From an uncultured Alphaproteobacteria bacterium (GTDB lineage Bacteria > Pseudomonadota > Alphaproteobacteria > Sneathiellales > Sneathiellaceae): a stretch of 64,000 bases of DNA. Shown here piece after piece: positions 30,843 through 40,659 of the stretch (position 1 is its first letter; each line of letters begins with the position of its first letter). The notes beneath the pieces were generated by a model. It was not told where the DNA came from. It did not search any database and worked only from the letters and a program-made list of their open reading frames with translations. The stretch covers positions 2,166-66,165 of the forward strand of contig CAXASQ010000014.1 in NCBI GenBank assembly GCA_963971675.1, written 5' to 3'. Made by a program: the position numbers and the translations under genes.

Positions 30843-31430
30843 TTATTCCCACTCATCGCGCGCCGCCGACAGTCCAAATGACACCACGGCAAGCGACAGC
30901 AGCACCAGATAGATATTGATGTCTTCCATGCCCGTATTGACCGACAGCCAGCGGACCGCATATTGCGACGCAACCAGACAGGCAACGGACAGCAGCAGAT
31001 ATACGGCAAGCAGAACGGAAGAGAACAGCCGGACAAGACCGACAAGTAATATAACTCCGATCAGGGCGAGCTGAACATTCTGCGGAAACCGCCCATAATC
31101 CAGCATCAGCAGGATTGACAGCGCCACCATGACCATCAGCAGGATAACCCAGTAAAACCGCATGAAAAAATTAGCGAAAAGCCCCGCCACAGCACCCAGT
31201 GTAAAAGCGGCGAGACCAATCGACATCGCAAAATGCCGCGCCAGGGTGAAATGCGCCTCAACCGCGCTATAACCGGCATATTTGAAGCCGCCCAGCAGCG
31301 CCATCGCGCCCATGGCAATAGCCCCAAACGCCCAGAACAGGCTGGCGGGAAAAAAGGCCTGACGCGCCAGATTGAGAGAGATCAGGCAGCAGACAAATAG
31401 AATTGCTTCAAACGCGACGACCAGATTCAT
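30843..31430 (-). CDS. Integral membrane protein (about 6 TM), unknown function
   Basis: 195 aa, almost entirely hydrophobic helices; no motif recognised. Confidence 0.5.
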   Translation of the reverse strand: MNLVVAFEAILFVCCLISLNLARQAFFPASLFWAFGAIAMGAMALLGGFKYAGYSAVEAHFTLARHFAMSIGLAAFTLGAVAGLFANFFMRFYWVILLMVMVALSILLMLDYGRFPQNVQLALIGVILLVGLVRLFSSVLLAVYLLLSVACLVASQYAVRWLSVNTGMEDINIYLVLLSLAVVSFGLSAARDEWE

Positions 31431-31571
31431 CGCGGAAGTATGGCCTGCTTGTCATCTTTTGTCTACTGATCCGGTCGCTTAGCCTTTGAATGAAATCCCA
31501 TCTCATGCTATCCGGTCAACTATATCCGAGAGGACAGGAGCGCGCCGATATCATCCCCACCTGAAAAAACT

Positions 31572-33350
31572 GTGAGATCCCTGCCGATTGCGACCGTCCT
31601 TGCGGTCACTTTCGGAACGCTTGTCGTGATCACTGTTGTTATCGTCCTGGGAATCACCCTGGTTTCCGGAATAACAAACACGCGCGATCTGCTGATCGAC
31701 AAAGCCGGGACGGCCATGGAAGCGGCAGAAAACGACCTGCGTGACCTGCTCAATCCCGCCGCCTTTCAGGCCCGCTACATGGCCGAGCTGATCCGCGACG
31801 GTAAACTCGATACCGATAATTCCAAACAGCTCTCCGACTTCCTGCTTGGCGCCGTGGCCGGCACGCCGCAAATCACCTCTCTTACCTATGTGACGTCGAG
31901 TTTTCAGGTAACGGCCGCAAGTCGGGAAACCCACAGCATCATCACCATGGATGAAAGCAACGACCCTGTCGCCGTTTCGGCTATCGGAGAGCTTGCGCAA
32001 AATGCAGAAGGAAGCTGGGGGCCGCTGGTCTATGTGCCGACGCTCGACAACACAGTGCTCAATTTTCGTCAGCCCGTCGTCCGGGACGGATCGTTTCTCG
32101 GTGCGATCATCGCCACCATTGCCATCTCCTCGGTCAATACCCGCATGGCGACAGCCCCCGTCCTAGCCGACGGGAAGCGCTTTATTCTTTATGGACTTGA
32201 CCGGGTATTAACGCAACAGGGAGAAATGGAAAAACCCACGAGCCTCAGTACAGAAAATGTTGTGCCGAAACTGGAGGATATTGACGACCCGGTGCTTAAG
32301 AATATCTGGTCCGGCGACATCCGCAAATTCGATATTTTGAGCAAACAGGACAAATTCAACAGCCTGCATCTTGATCAGGACGGCAAGCAATATATCTTCA
32401 TTTACCGGCATCTGGATGGATATGCAGACCGGCCCTTCACCGTCGGGTACTGGATTCTCAATGATGATATTTCGGCTGAGTTCAAACGGCTTTTCCTGGC
32501 CGGTATCGCCGGGCTCGCCATTATGCTGCTCAGCGCCTTTTTCGCCATTATGATGGGACGGCGGATATCGAAGCCGATCCTGGCCTTGTCGGAAGCTTCC
32601 CGGCAGATATCCAAGCTTGATTTCAGTCACGTAAAACCGCTGTCCCGCAGCCGGTTCAAGGAGGTTAATGAAGCCAACGCCGCCTATAACCGTATGTTGC
32701 GGGGGCTGACATGGTTTGAAACCTATGTGCCGAAATCACTGGTGCACAAGTTGATGGAAAGCGGCGAGGCGCGTTCTGAACAACGCGTCGTAACGGTCAT
32801 GTTTACGGATATCGTCGGATTCACACCGCAGGCCGAGCATATGGACTCAGATGACGTTGCGAATTTTCTCAATCACCATTTCCGGCTCGTCACCTCCTGC
32901 ATCGAAAAGGAAGGCGGAACAGTAGACAAATTCATCGGCGATGCCGTCATGGCCTTTTGGGGGGCGCCGGAAATACAGGAAGATCATGCCGCCCGCGCCT
33001 GTCGCGCCGCTCTCGCCATCAAGCAGGCAATCCTTGCGGACAACCGGGAAAAGCAGGCTGCTGGGCTGCCAGATCTCCACATGCGTATCGGCATCCATAC
33101 GGGGCCGCTGGTCGTCGGCAATATCGGCTCGCCCGGACGGCTCAACTACACTGTCGTGGGCGATACCGTCAACATCGCCCAGCGGATGGAGCAGTATGGC
33201 AAGAATCTGGGGGAGGATCCATCAGACGAAGTCGTGATTTTAATGACAGACGCGACCCATCACGCCAATCCCGGCGTTACTGCCCAAAAAATCGGGGATT
33301 ACCGTCTCAAGGGCCGCGTTGACCCGGTCACCATATTCCGGCTCGGATAA
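31572..33350 (+). CDS. Membrane-bound class III adenylate/guanylate cyclase with periplasmic sensor region and HAMP domain
   Basis: N-terminal TM, ~270-aa extracytoplasmic region, second TM plus HAMP. Cyclase core VVTVMFTDIVGFT...KFIGDAVMAFWGAP...RIGIHTGPLVVGNIG...YTVVGDTVNIAQRME. Confidence 0.85.
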   Translation: MRSLPIATVLAVTFGTLVVITVVIVLGITLVSGITNTRDLLIDKAGTAMEAAENDLRDLLNPAAFQARYMAELIRDGKLDTDNSKQLSDFLLGAVAGTPQITSLTYVTSSFQVTAASRETHSIITMDESNDPVAVSAIGELAQNAEGSWGPLVYVPTLDNTVLNFRQPVVRDGSFLGAIIATIAISSVNTRMATAPVLADGKRFILYGLDRVLTQQGEMEKPTSLSTENVVPKLEDIDDPVLKNIWSGDIRKFDILSKQDKFNSLHLDQDGKQYIFIYRHLDGYADRPFTVGYWILNDDISAEFKRLFLAGIAGLAIMLLSAFFAIMMGRRISKPILALSEASRQISKLDFSHVKPLSRSRFKEVNEANAAYNRMLRGLTWFETYVPKSLVHKLMESGEARSEQRVVTVMFTDIVGFTPQAEHMDSDDVANFLNHHFRLVTSCIEKEGGTVDKFIGDAVMAFWGAPEIQEDHAARACRAALAIKQAILADNREKQAAGLPDLHMRIGIHTGPLVVGNIGSPGRLNYTVVGDTVNIAQRMEQYGKNLGEDPSDEVVILMTDATHHANPGVTAQKIGDYRLKGRVDPVTIFRLG

Positions 33351-33361
33351 CCGGCAAGCTA

Positions 33362-34177
33362 TCACGACGGCTGATAGTAAGGGTTCGTGCCATCCGCATG
33401 ATCCGTGATATCCAGCACTTCGGTGATCGAGGGAACCAGATTCTGAATTTCAACGGCAACGCCCTGTTTCAGTGTGACATCGGCCATTCCGCACCCCTGG
33501 CACCCGCCGTCAAGCCGCACATAGGCCCGGTCATTCTGCAGATCAACAAGAGTGATGCGTCCGCCATGGGCGGCAATCGACGGATTGATGCGCTCCTCCA
33601 GCAGTTTCTGAATGGCCACCCCTTCCGGCGTTTTCAGGCCCGGTTTCGGCAGGCTTTCACGGTAATCGAGAACCGCCGTGATTTCGGGAATATAATGGCG
33701 CAGCATATTCTGAATGCCGGTCAGCATGGTAAAGGCGGAGCCCTGGAATTTCAGATACAGCTTGCCATTCTTATAGCTGTGAAACGCCACATCGCCGCCC
33801 GACTGGGTGACCGCAGGGACAATCCGCGTTGCCAGCAGGTCTTTCACCTGATCAATGATTTCGCTATTAAATTCGCCCGCCGCTCCGGCGTCTGCTGCCA
33901 CGGCGTCTTCTCCACTTTGGAAATGCGCGACAATCGCTCCAAAAATTTCTGTGCGCAAGGATGACCAGTCCCGTGAGTCAGACTTGCCAATCAGGATACT
34001 CTGTTCCTGCAATGTGACAGACGCCACACCGTCAATATCATAAAGCCGCGCAGCAAGCGGAGAGACATCGGGCGCCTCCTCGGCTGAAACGTAAAGCGGG
34101 CCGTTTTCATATACGGCATTCGCCGGAAAGAACTCCAGCTCCGTTGAATTTTCACCTGGCTTTGTCTGAATAAACAT
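33362..34177 (-). CDS. Nfu/NifU-family Fe-S cluster protein with three domains (Nfu_N + Cys-less NifU-like + CxxC NifU-like)
   Basis: MFIQTKPGENSTELEFFP (Nfu_N). The middle domain IVPAVTQSGGDVAFHSYKNGKLYLKFQGSAFTMLTG lacks CxxC. The C-terminal domain INPSIAAHGGRITLVDL...LDGGCQGCGMADVTLKQG...TDHADGTNPYY is NfuA-like. Confidence 0.8.
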   Translation of the reverse strand: MFIQTKPGENSTELEFFPANAVYENGPLYVSAEEAPDVSPLAARLYDIDGVASVTLQEQSILIGKSDSRDWSSLRTEIFGAIVAHFQSGEDAVAADAGAAGEFNSEIIDQVKDLLATRIVPAVTQSGGDVAFHSYKNGKLYLKFQGSAFTMLTGIQNMLRHYIPEITAVLDYRESLPKPGLKTPEGVAIQKLLEERINPSIAAHGGRITLVDLQNDRAYVRLDGGCQGCGMADVTLKQGVAVEIQNLVPSITEVLDITDHADGTNPYYQPS

Positions 34178-34280
34178 CTTTTCGTCCCGCTGCTCATTTC
34201 AAGGGATGACGGTTGCAATTCTTCCTGCCATAAAGAGCCATCCCTTTAGTTGTAAAGTAATAATAATAGCGGAGAAAACA

Positions 34281-35051
34281 ATGGCGAATTTTATTCTCAC
34301 CGAAATCGAAGAAAGAGCGCATGGCAAGGTTGCCCGCCTTACCATCGACAACCAGCGCAAGCTGAACACATTGAATACGACGGTGATAAAAGAGTTTGCT
34401 GAAACTATGGACCGCCTCGATGAAGACAAGGACATCGCCGTGCTTGTCATTACCGGTGCCGGCAACAAAAGCTTTATTGGCGGCGCAGACATCAACCTGA
34501 TGGCCGGGCTTGATCCGGAATCTGCCCGCAAGTTTATCACCAGCATCCATATGACCTGCCACAAGGCGCGGTTTTTCCATGCGCCGGTCATTGCGCGCGT
34601 CAATGGCTTCTGCCTCGGCGCCGGAATGGAACTCGCGGCCGCCTGCGATATCGTTGTCGCCGGTAAATCCGCCTCTTTCGCCATGCCGGAGGTGCGGGTT
34701 GGCATTCCATCCGTTGTGGAAGCCGCCCTGCTACCGAAAATTCTCGGCCTCAATCTCGCCCGCGATCTCGTCCTGACCGGACGCAGCATCAGCGCAGAGG
34801 AAGCCTACACCGCCGGACTTGTCCAGCGGCTTTGTGAAGATGAGGCGCTGGATGCCGCCACCGAAACGGCAATTGAGGAAATTCTGGAAGGCGGCCGCAA
34901 TGCCATGGCCATTCAGAAGCAGCTTTGCAATGATTGGGAGAACAATACCCTGGAAGACGGTATCCAGATGGGGATCGACGCCTTCGCCCGCGCCTATGAA
35001 AGTGACGAACCGGGCCGCATGATGGGCGCCTTTATCAACCGGCCCCGATAA
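34281..35051 (+). CDS. Enoyl-CoA hydratase/isomerase (crotonase) family protein
   Basis: Start trimmed to MANFILTEIEE (GGAGA upstream). VITGAGNKSFIGGADI and ARVNGFCLGAGMELAAACD motifs. Confidence 0.8.
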   Translation: MANFILTEIEERAHGKVARLTIDNQRKLNTLNTTVIKEFAETMDRLDEDKDIAVLVITGAGNKSFIGGADINLMAGLDPESARKFITSIHMTCHKARFFHAPVIARVNGFCLGAGMELAAACDIVVAGKSASFAMPEVRVGIPSVVEAALLPKILGLNLARDLVLTGRSISAEEAYTAGLVQRLCEDEALDAATETAIEEILEGGRNAMAIQKQLCNDWENNTLEDGIQMGIDAFARAYESDEPGRMMGAFINRPR

Positions 35052-35116
35052 ACCACCCGACGTGATGCCCGCCGCCGGAAAAGCGAAAAAAATACCTATC
35101 CCCGGGATAATTTGTT

Positions 35117-36358
35117 ATGAAGAAGGCAACGGGTTTGCCGCATCGGGGGTGGGCATCCATGCTGGTCTATTTATATGACGTATTTTCAGGCGGCGGGCGA
35201 CAGTCGCTGTCCATTGAGGGGCTGGAGCGGTTGTTCTCGACCCAAAGCCACTCCCCGCTTCTGAAACGCCGCCGGGCAAGGGTCATCCTCTCGCGGGTGC
35301 GGTTTCTGAGCCTGCTCTGCGTCCTTGCCTTCCCTCTCGGATATCTGCTGGATATCCTGACATTCGACAGCGAAAGCTATCATACCCTCGGCATTACGCG
35401 TGGGTTGATTTCGGTCCTCTTCCTTGCCCTTTATTTCGGCATCGGTAACGGGGAAACATTGCGGGACGCCTATCGCGCCCTCGGCATCTTTTTTGCCATC
35501 CTGCTGGCATTCCAGGCCATGTATCAGCCCCTGCTGGATGTCATGGATATTTTTGGCGTCACCAGCTTGGCCGCCGCCGGCTATGCCCTCTTTCCATTCC
35601 TTATCTTCGCCTGCATTGCCGCCTTCCCTCTTACCGTGAAGGAAGCCGTGCTCACCCTTGTCCTGCTTTTCGTGATTCAGATGCTGATCCTCATCCTGAT
35701 GCCGGAAGCTGCCAACCCGCAGCAACGCCTCGGCATCCTGCTCACACTCGGTGCAACGGGGTTTCTTTGCACCTTCGGCGCGATCAGCCAGCATCTCTAC
35801 ATCTCCCTGCTCGTCGATCAGGCCTCCATCGACAGCCTGACGGGAACCTATAGCCGTAACAGCGGGGAGGAAATCATCGACGTGCAGTTCCGCATTTCAA
35901 AACGTCAGAACACGCCCTTTTCCATCGTCTTTATCGACCTCGATAATTTCAAGGCGATCAATGATCGGTATGGGCATGAAGCAGGTGACAGGGTACTGGC
36001 AACCGCCGCCTCCAATATTCGCCGCAATGCCCGCGGATCCGATGTCGTTATCCGCTGGGGCGGGGAGGAATTTGTGATCCTGCTTCCCAACACGGACGCC
36101 GCAGGAGCGGTAAAATCCATCCGGCGGCTGCGTAACATCGGGCTCGGCACGCGGCCCGATGGCCAGATGGTGACCGCCAGCTTCGGTATTGTTGACCGCC
36201 AGAGCGTCAACGTGGCCGACTGGTCCGCCCTTGTCGATATTGCCGATAACCAGATGTATGACGCCAAATCGCGTGGCGGGAACGATATTGCGGCCTATAT
36301 CCCGATGGGGGAAAGCAAATCTCAATCAGATGGCCAGATTTCTGCGGCGGCCGAATGA
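35117..36358 (+). CDS. Diguanylate cyclase (GGDEF) with multi-TM N-terminal sensor domain
   Basis: Polytopic N-terminus. IDSLTGTYSRNSG, FIDLDNFKAINDRYGH, RWGGEEFVILL active site, and an upstream inhibitory-site-like RGSD. Confidence 0.85.
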   Translation: MKKATGLPHRGWASMLVYLYDVFSGGGRQSLSIEGLERLFSTQSHSPLLKRRRARVILSRVRFLSLLCVLAFPLGYLLDILTFDSESYHTLGITRGLISVLFLALYFGIGNGETLRDAYRALGIFFAILLAFQAMYQPLLDVMDIFGVTSLAAAGYALFPFLIFACIAAFPLTVKEAVLTLVLLFVIQMLILILMPEAANPQQRLGILLTLGATGFLCTFGAISQHLYISLLVDQASIDSLTGTYSRNSGEEIIDVQFRISKRQNTPFSIVFIDLDNFKAINDRYGHEAGDRVLATAASNIRRNARGSDVVIRWGGEEFVILLPNTDAAGAVKSIRRLRNIGLGTRPDGQMVTASFGIVDRQSVNVADWSALVDIADNQMYDAKSRGGNDIAAYIPMGESKSQSDGQISAAAE

Positions 36359-36528
36359 TTCTGAAAATCCTCTCACTGCTTTTTGCCGTCCTGTTTATCG
36401 CGCGCATCCTGTTTGCAAAAAAACTGAAAGAGATGGGGAAGGCGGCCGACCGCACGCTCAATCTCTTTCTGATCGCCATCGCCATATACTTGCTTCTGCA
36501 AGCCGTCCTGTTTTACGGAATGTCATGA
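36355..36528 (+). CDS. Unannotated 57-aa two-TM small protein, translationally coupled to the GGDEF gene
   Basis: Below the 60-aa track cutoff. The ATG overlaps the GGDEF stop (ATGA). Hand translation: MILKILSLLFAVLFIARILFAKKLKEMGKAADRTLNLFLIAIAIYLLLQAVLFYGMS-stop. Confidence 0.4.
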   Translation: MILKILSLLFAVLFIARILFAKKLKEMGKAADRTLNLFLIAIAIYLLLQAVLFYGMS

Positions 36529-36569
36529 CCAAAATCTTTTCCGGCTGATGTTCAAAAGGAGATGATGAA

Positions 36570-37961
36570 ATGTCCGAGACACGCATTGAAACCGATACCA
36601 TGGGCGACGTCGCCGTCCCCGCCGATCGTTACTGGGGCGCGCAGACGGAGCGATCGCTAGAAAATTTCAGGATCGGCGGCGAAACGCTTCCCTTCCCCCT
36701 GATTCGCGCGCTCGGGCTTCAGAAAAAGGCGGCGGCTCTCAGTAACCAGATGCTCGGCAAGCTGGAACCTAAGCTGGGGGATGCCATTCTGATGGCGGCC
36801 GATGAGGTGATCAAAGGGGATCTGATTGACCACTTCCCCCTCGTCATCTGGCAGACCGGATCGGGAACGCAGAGCAACATGAATGCAAATGAAGTGATTG
36901 CCAATCGCGCCAACGAAATACTGGGGGCGCCCCTCGGCAGTAAAAATCCCGTTCATCCGAACGATCACGTCAACATGGGGCAAAGCTCCAACGACAGCTT
37001 TCCAACCGCGATGTCCATCGCCGCGGCGGAACAGACAAGTCATCATCTCCTCCCCGCCCTCAACCATCTGCATCAGGCGCTGATGGTGAAGGTGGATGCC
37101 TTCGATGATATCGTGAAGATCGGCCGCACCCATACCCAGGACGCGGTGCCCGTCACCCTCGGTCAGGAATTCTCCGGCTATGCCCGGCAGGTTGATCTTG
37201 CCATGTCACGTCTCAAGGATTGCCTGCCACGGGTGATGGAGCTGGCGCAAGGTGGCACCGCCGTCGGCACCGGACTGAATGCCGCGCCCGGGTTTGCAGA
37301 AACATTCATCACCAACATCGTCAAGCTGACCGGCCTGCCCTTTACCAGCGCGAAAAACAAGTTTGAAGCCATCGCCGCCCATGATGCGCTGGTGGAACTG
37401 TCCGGGGCGCTCAATGTCATCGCGGCCAGCCTGATGAAAATCGTCAATGATATCCGCTTCCTGGCCAGCGGACCCCGCAGCGGACTTGGAGAGCTGATCC
37501 TGCCGGCAAACGAGCCCGGCTCCTCCATCATGCCGGGCAAGGTCAATCCAACCCAGTGCGAAGCCCTGACCCAGGTTGCCGCGCAGGTAATGGGAAATCA
37601 TGTCACCGTCACTGTTGCCGGATCCAATGGTCATTTTGAGCTGAACGCCTTCAAGCCGGTGATTATCTATAATGTCCTGCAATCCATTCGTCTGCTGGGC
37701 GATGCCGCTCTCAGTTTCACAGACAATTGTGTCGTCGGGATTGAGGTAAATCGCGCACGGATCAATGAGTTGATGGCGCAATCCCTGATGCTGGTGACCG
37801 CGCTCAATCCGCATATCGGTTATGATAATGCCGCCAAAATCGCCAAGAAGGCCTTTGCGGATAACAGCAGCCTGAAAGACGCCGCCATCGCCCTCAAGCT
37901 ATTGACATCGGAACAGTTTGACGACTGGGTCCGGCCGGAAGATATGGTTGGAAAAGAATAG
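36570..37961 (+). CDS. fumC: Class II fumarate hydratase
   Basis: 463 aa; [16 protein letters not shown] signature. Confidence 0.95.
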   Translation: MSETRIETDTMGDVAVPADRYWGAQTERSLENFRIGGETLPFPLIRALGLQKKAAALSNQMLGKLEPKLGDAILMAADEVIKGDLIDHFPLVIWQTGSGTQSNMNANEVIANRANEILGAPLGSKNPVHPNDHVNMGQSSNDSFPTAMSIAAAEQTSHHLLPALNHLHQALMVKVDAFDDIVKIGRTHTQDAVPVTLGQEFSGYARQVDLAMSRLKDCLPRVMELAQGGTAVGTGLNAAPGFAETFITNIVKLTGLPFTSAKNKFEAIAAHDALVELSGALNVIAASLMKIVNDIRFLASGPRSGLGELILPANEPGSSIMPGKVNPTQCEALTQVAAQVMGNHVTVTVAGSNGHFELNAFKPVIIYNVLQSIRLLGDAALSFTDNCVVGIEVNRARINELMAQSLMLVTALNPHIGYDNAAKIAKKAFADNSSLKDAAIALKLLTSEQFDDWVRPEDMVGKE

Positions 37962-37978
37962 CGCCACCGGGCGGGAGC

Positions 37979-38052
37979 TGGAGCGGGCGAAGGGAATCGA
38001 ACCCTCGTCGTAAGCTTGGGAAGCTTCTGCTCTGCCATTGAGCTACGCCCGC
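37979..38052 (-). tRNA. tRNA-Gly (anticodon CCC), with encoded CCA
   Basis: The reverse complement reads GCGGGCGTAGCTCAATGGCAGAGCAGAAGCTTCCCAAGCTTACGACGAGGGTTCGATTCCCTTCGCCCGCTCCA. Confidence 0.9.
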
Positions 38053-38102
38053 GCGCCTTCCGTTTAAGTACAGAAAGTCACTAGTCTCCGCAACAGAAAA
38101 TC

Positions 38103-38129
38103 TTGACAGCCCGAAAGGGGAGGGATAAT
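38103..38129 (+). promoter_or_regulatory. Candidate sigma70 promoter for the metZ leader (TTGACA ... GATAAT)
   Basis: TTGACA at 38103-38108; GATAAT at 38124-38129. The 15-nt spacer is short and the register is uncertain. Confidence 0.35.
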
Positions 38130-38135
38130 TATTTT

Positions 38136-38196
38136 GCCGTGGTGATTTGTGCCGACCGGCTTGCGGCCACGTAAAAGAAACGCTAAAAGGTCGGGG
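38136..38196 (+). promoter_or_regulatory. SAM-II (metA-type) riboswitch-like H-type pseudoknot leader
   Basis: Stem CGTGG (38138-42)/CCACG (38167-71) encloses CCGACC (38152-57), which can pair with downstream GGTCGG (38189-94). It contains GTGATTT, GGCTTGC and an A-rich AAAAGAAACGCTAAAAGG tract. It sits upstream of a methionine-biosynthesis gene in an alphaproteobacterial context. Confidence 0.55.
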
Positions 38197-38206
38197 CTCG
38201 CAGGAA

Positions 38207-38232
38207 CCCTGATCTATGGTCGGGGTTTTTTT
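38207..38232 (+). terminator. Leader terminator/attenuator upstream of metZ
   Basis: CCCTGA-N7-TCGGGG (one G-U pair, extendable by A-T pairs) followed by a T7 run, 20 nt before the metZ ATG. Confidence 0.5.
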
Positions 38233-38251
38233 ATGCCTCGAAGGTGATGAC

Positions 38252-39466
38252 ATGACGGATAGCAAACCAGCGCAGGGAAGCGCGAAAGGATACCGGACGG
38301 CGACAAAACTTGTCCGCGGCGGAACCAGACGATCCCAATTCAACGAGACAAGCGAAGCCATTTATATAAATTCCGGCTTTGTCTATGACAGCGCCGAGCA
38401 GGCCGCCGGCCGTTTCAAGGGAGAGAATGAGGGGTTCATTTACTCCCGCTACGCCAATCCGACCCTTTCAATGTTTGAAGAGCGGATGATCCTTCTTGAA
38501 GAAGGCGCAGAGGCTGCCCGCGCGACGGCCAGCGGCATGGCCGCCGTCAACGGCGCGCTGATGTCACAACTCAAGGCGGGTGATCATGTGGTCGCGCCGA
38601 AGGCTTTGTTCGGCTCCTGCCTTTATATTATCGAAACTATTCTGCCGCGCTTTGGCATCAATATCACCCTTATCGACGGCACAGATATTGATCAATGGAA
38701 AAACGCGCTCACGGACAAGACGGCCTGCGTCTTTTTTGAAACGCCCTCAAACCCGTCCCTGGAGATTATGGACATCGCCGCCATCTCCGATCTGGCGCAC
38801 AAGGTCGGGGCAAAGGTCATTGTCGATAATGTCTTTGCAACACCGGTGTTGCAGCATCCGCTTTCCCTAGGCGCCGATATTGTCGTTTATTCCGCCACCA
38901 AACATATTGACGGGCAGGGCCGCTGTCTCGGCGGTATTATTCTGGGGGCCGAAGAGTTTGTTGAGGAAACCCTTGCCCCCTATCTCAAGCATACGGGCCC
39001 GGCGCTCAGCCCCTTCAACGCCTGGACTCTCCTGAAGGGTCTGGAAACGCTTGATCTGCGGGTCCAGAAGCATTGTGACAATGCGGAAAAGGTCGCCGCT
39101 TTTCTTGCATCTCATCCCGCTGTGGCCAAGGTCATCTATCCCGGCCTTGAAAGTCATCCGCAGCACGCCCTGGCAAAGGCGCAAATGTCGCGGGGCGGTT
39201 CCCTCATCGCCTTCGAAATTGCCGGCAATCAGGAGGATACATTTGCTTTTATCAACGGTCTGTCCCTGATTGACATCAGCAATAATCTCGGCGATGCGAA
39301 ATCTCTGCTGACCCACCCGACAACGACGACCCATTCCAGCGTCAGCGACGCGACAAAGCTGGAACTGGGGATTACCGAAAGCATGGTCCGGCTGTCGGTC
39401 GGCCTTGAAGATGCGGATGATCTCATTGACGACCTCGGATATGCGCTCAACCGGAAGGCCGGTTGA
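38252..39466 (+). CDS. metZ: O-succinylhomoserine sulfhydrylase (Cys/Met-metabolism PLP enzyme)
   Basis: Start trimmed to MTDSKPAQGS (GAAGG upstream; the track ATG 38216 lies inside the terminator). YSRYANPT and VYSATKHIDGQGR (PLP-Lys) motifs. Confidence 0.85.
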   Translation: MTDSKPAQGSAKGYRTATKLVRGGTRRSQFNETSEAIYINSGFVYDSAEQAAGRFKGENEGFIYSRYANPTLSMFEERMILLEEGAEAARATASGMAAVNGALMSQLKAGDHVVAPKALFGSCLYIIETILPRFGINITLIDGTDIDQWKNALTDKTACVFFETPSNPSLEIMDIAAISDLAHKVGAKVIVDNVFATPVLQHPLSLGADIVVYSATKHIDGQGRCLGGIILGAEEFVEETLAPYLKHTGPALSPFNAWTLLKGLETLDLRVQKHCDNAEKVAAFLASHPAVAKVIYPGLESHPQHALAKAQMSRGGSLIAFEIAGNQEDTFAFINGLSLIDISNNLGDAKSLLTHPTTTTHSSVSDATKLELGITESMVRLSVGLEDADDLIDDLGYALNRKAG

Positions 39467-39598
39467 ACCCCATATAGCGGCCAATCAACCATCTGGTGAT
39501 TGCCGCAAAGACCTGTCCGAATTACTGGACAAAATCGTCCCTTGGCGCAATATTCAGGGAATACCGGGCCCGTCGGGCAGGTCGCGGAAGGAAATAAG

Positions 39599-40006
39599 AT
39601 GATGGCATCCGGCATCTACAGCAAGACGACCCGGAATATTCGGGTATCGGTAACTCCCGTCTATCTCCAGGATCGTTCTCGTCCGGACGACGGTTTGTAT
39701 GTCTGGGCCTATCAGGTCAAAATTGAAAATCAGGGGGCGCAAACAGTCACTCTCAGATACCGTCACTGGCGCATCACCGACGCCAAAGGCCACACGGAAA
39801 CGGTTGATGGGGAGGGCGTTGTGGGCGAACAGCCCATTCTCGCTCCCGGTGAATCATATGAATATGCCAGCGGAACGCCTCTATCGACGCCTTCCGGCAT
39901 TATGGTCGGCAGCTATGATATGGAGGAAGAAGCAGGAGCTTTTTTCTCCGTTGATATTCCGGCCTTTTCACTAGACAGCCCTGGCGCTATCTCATCTCTT
40001 CACTGA
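39599..40006 (+). CDS. apaG: ApaG protein
   Basis: Start trimmed to MMASGIYSKTT. VWAYQVKIENQG...LRYRHWRITDAKG...GEGVVGEQP is the conserved ApaG/DUF525 pattern. Confidence 0.85.
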   Translation: MMASGIYSKTTRNIRVSVTPVYLQDRSRPDDGLYVWAYQVKIENQGAQTVTLRYRHWRITDAKGHTETVDGEGVVGEQPILAPGESYEYASGTPLSTPSGIMVGSYDMEEEAGAFFSVDIPAFSLDSPGAISSLH

Positions 40007-40040
40007 TCCGCGGCGCATCACATGTTAGGAAGCAGGTCTC

Positions 40041-40646
40041 ATGAACAAACACACTCACCCCGGCACTCCGGCAAAGGACCGTCCGACCAAGGCAGAGGCG
40101 GAAGAAGCTGTCCGTACGCTGATCCGCTGGGCGGGGGATGATCCGGCGCGGGAAGGTCTGCGCGGCACGCCTGACCGGGTCGCCCGCTCCTATCTTGAAT
40201 TTTTTGCGGGTTACAATGAAGACCCCGACGCCTATCTCGCGCGCACTTTCGAAGAGGTAAACGGCTATGACGAAATGGTTGTCCTCAAGGATATCCGCGT
40301 TGAAAGCTATTGCGAGCATCATATGGTTCCGATCATCGGCGTCGCCCATGTCGCCTATATGCCGAGCAATCGGGTCGTCGGCATTTCCAAGCTGGCGCGG
40401 GTGGTGGACGCCTATGCAAAGCGCCTGCAGATCCAGGAGAAGCTGACGCGGCAGATTGCGGAAACAATTGAACGGACCCTGCAACCCAAGGGCGTTGCCG
40501 TCATTATCGAAAGCGCGCACCAGTGCATGACGACGCGGGGCGTACATAAGGATGGCGTGACCATGGTGACCAGCACCATGCTCGGCGTATTCAGACGCTC
40601 GGATATCACCCGCCGAGAACTGCTCTCTTTTATCGACAAAGGCTGA
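40041..40646 (+). CDS. folE: GTP cyclohydrolase I (FolE type)
   Basis: [22 protein letters not shown] and [13 protein letters not shown] signatures. Confidence 0.95.
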   Translation: MNKHTHPGTPAKDRPTKAEAEEAVRTLIRWAGDDPAREGLRGTPDRVARSYLEFFAGYNEDPDAYLARTFEEVNGYDEMVVLKDIRVESYCEHHMVPIIGVAHVAYMPSNRVVGISKLARVVDAYAKRLQIQEKLTRQIAETIERTLQPKGVAVIIESAHQCMTTRGVHKDGVTMVTSTMLGVFRRSDITRRELLSFIDKG

Positions 40647-40659
40647 AGATTACCCGCTC

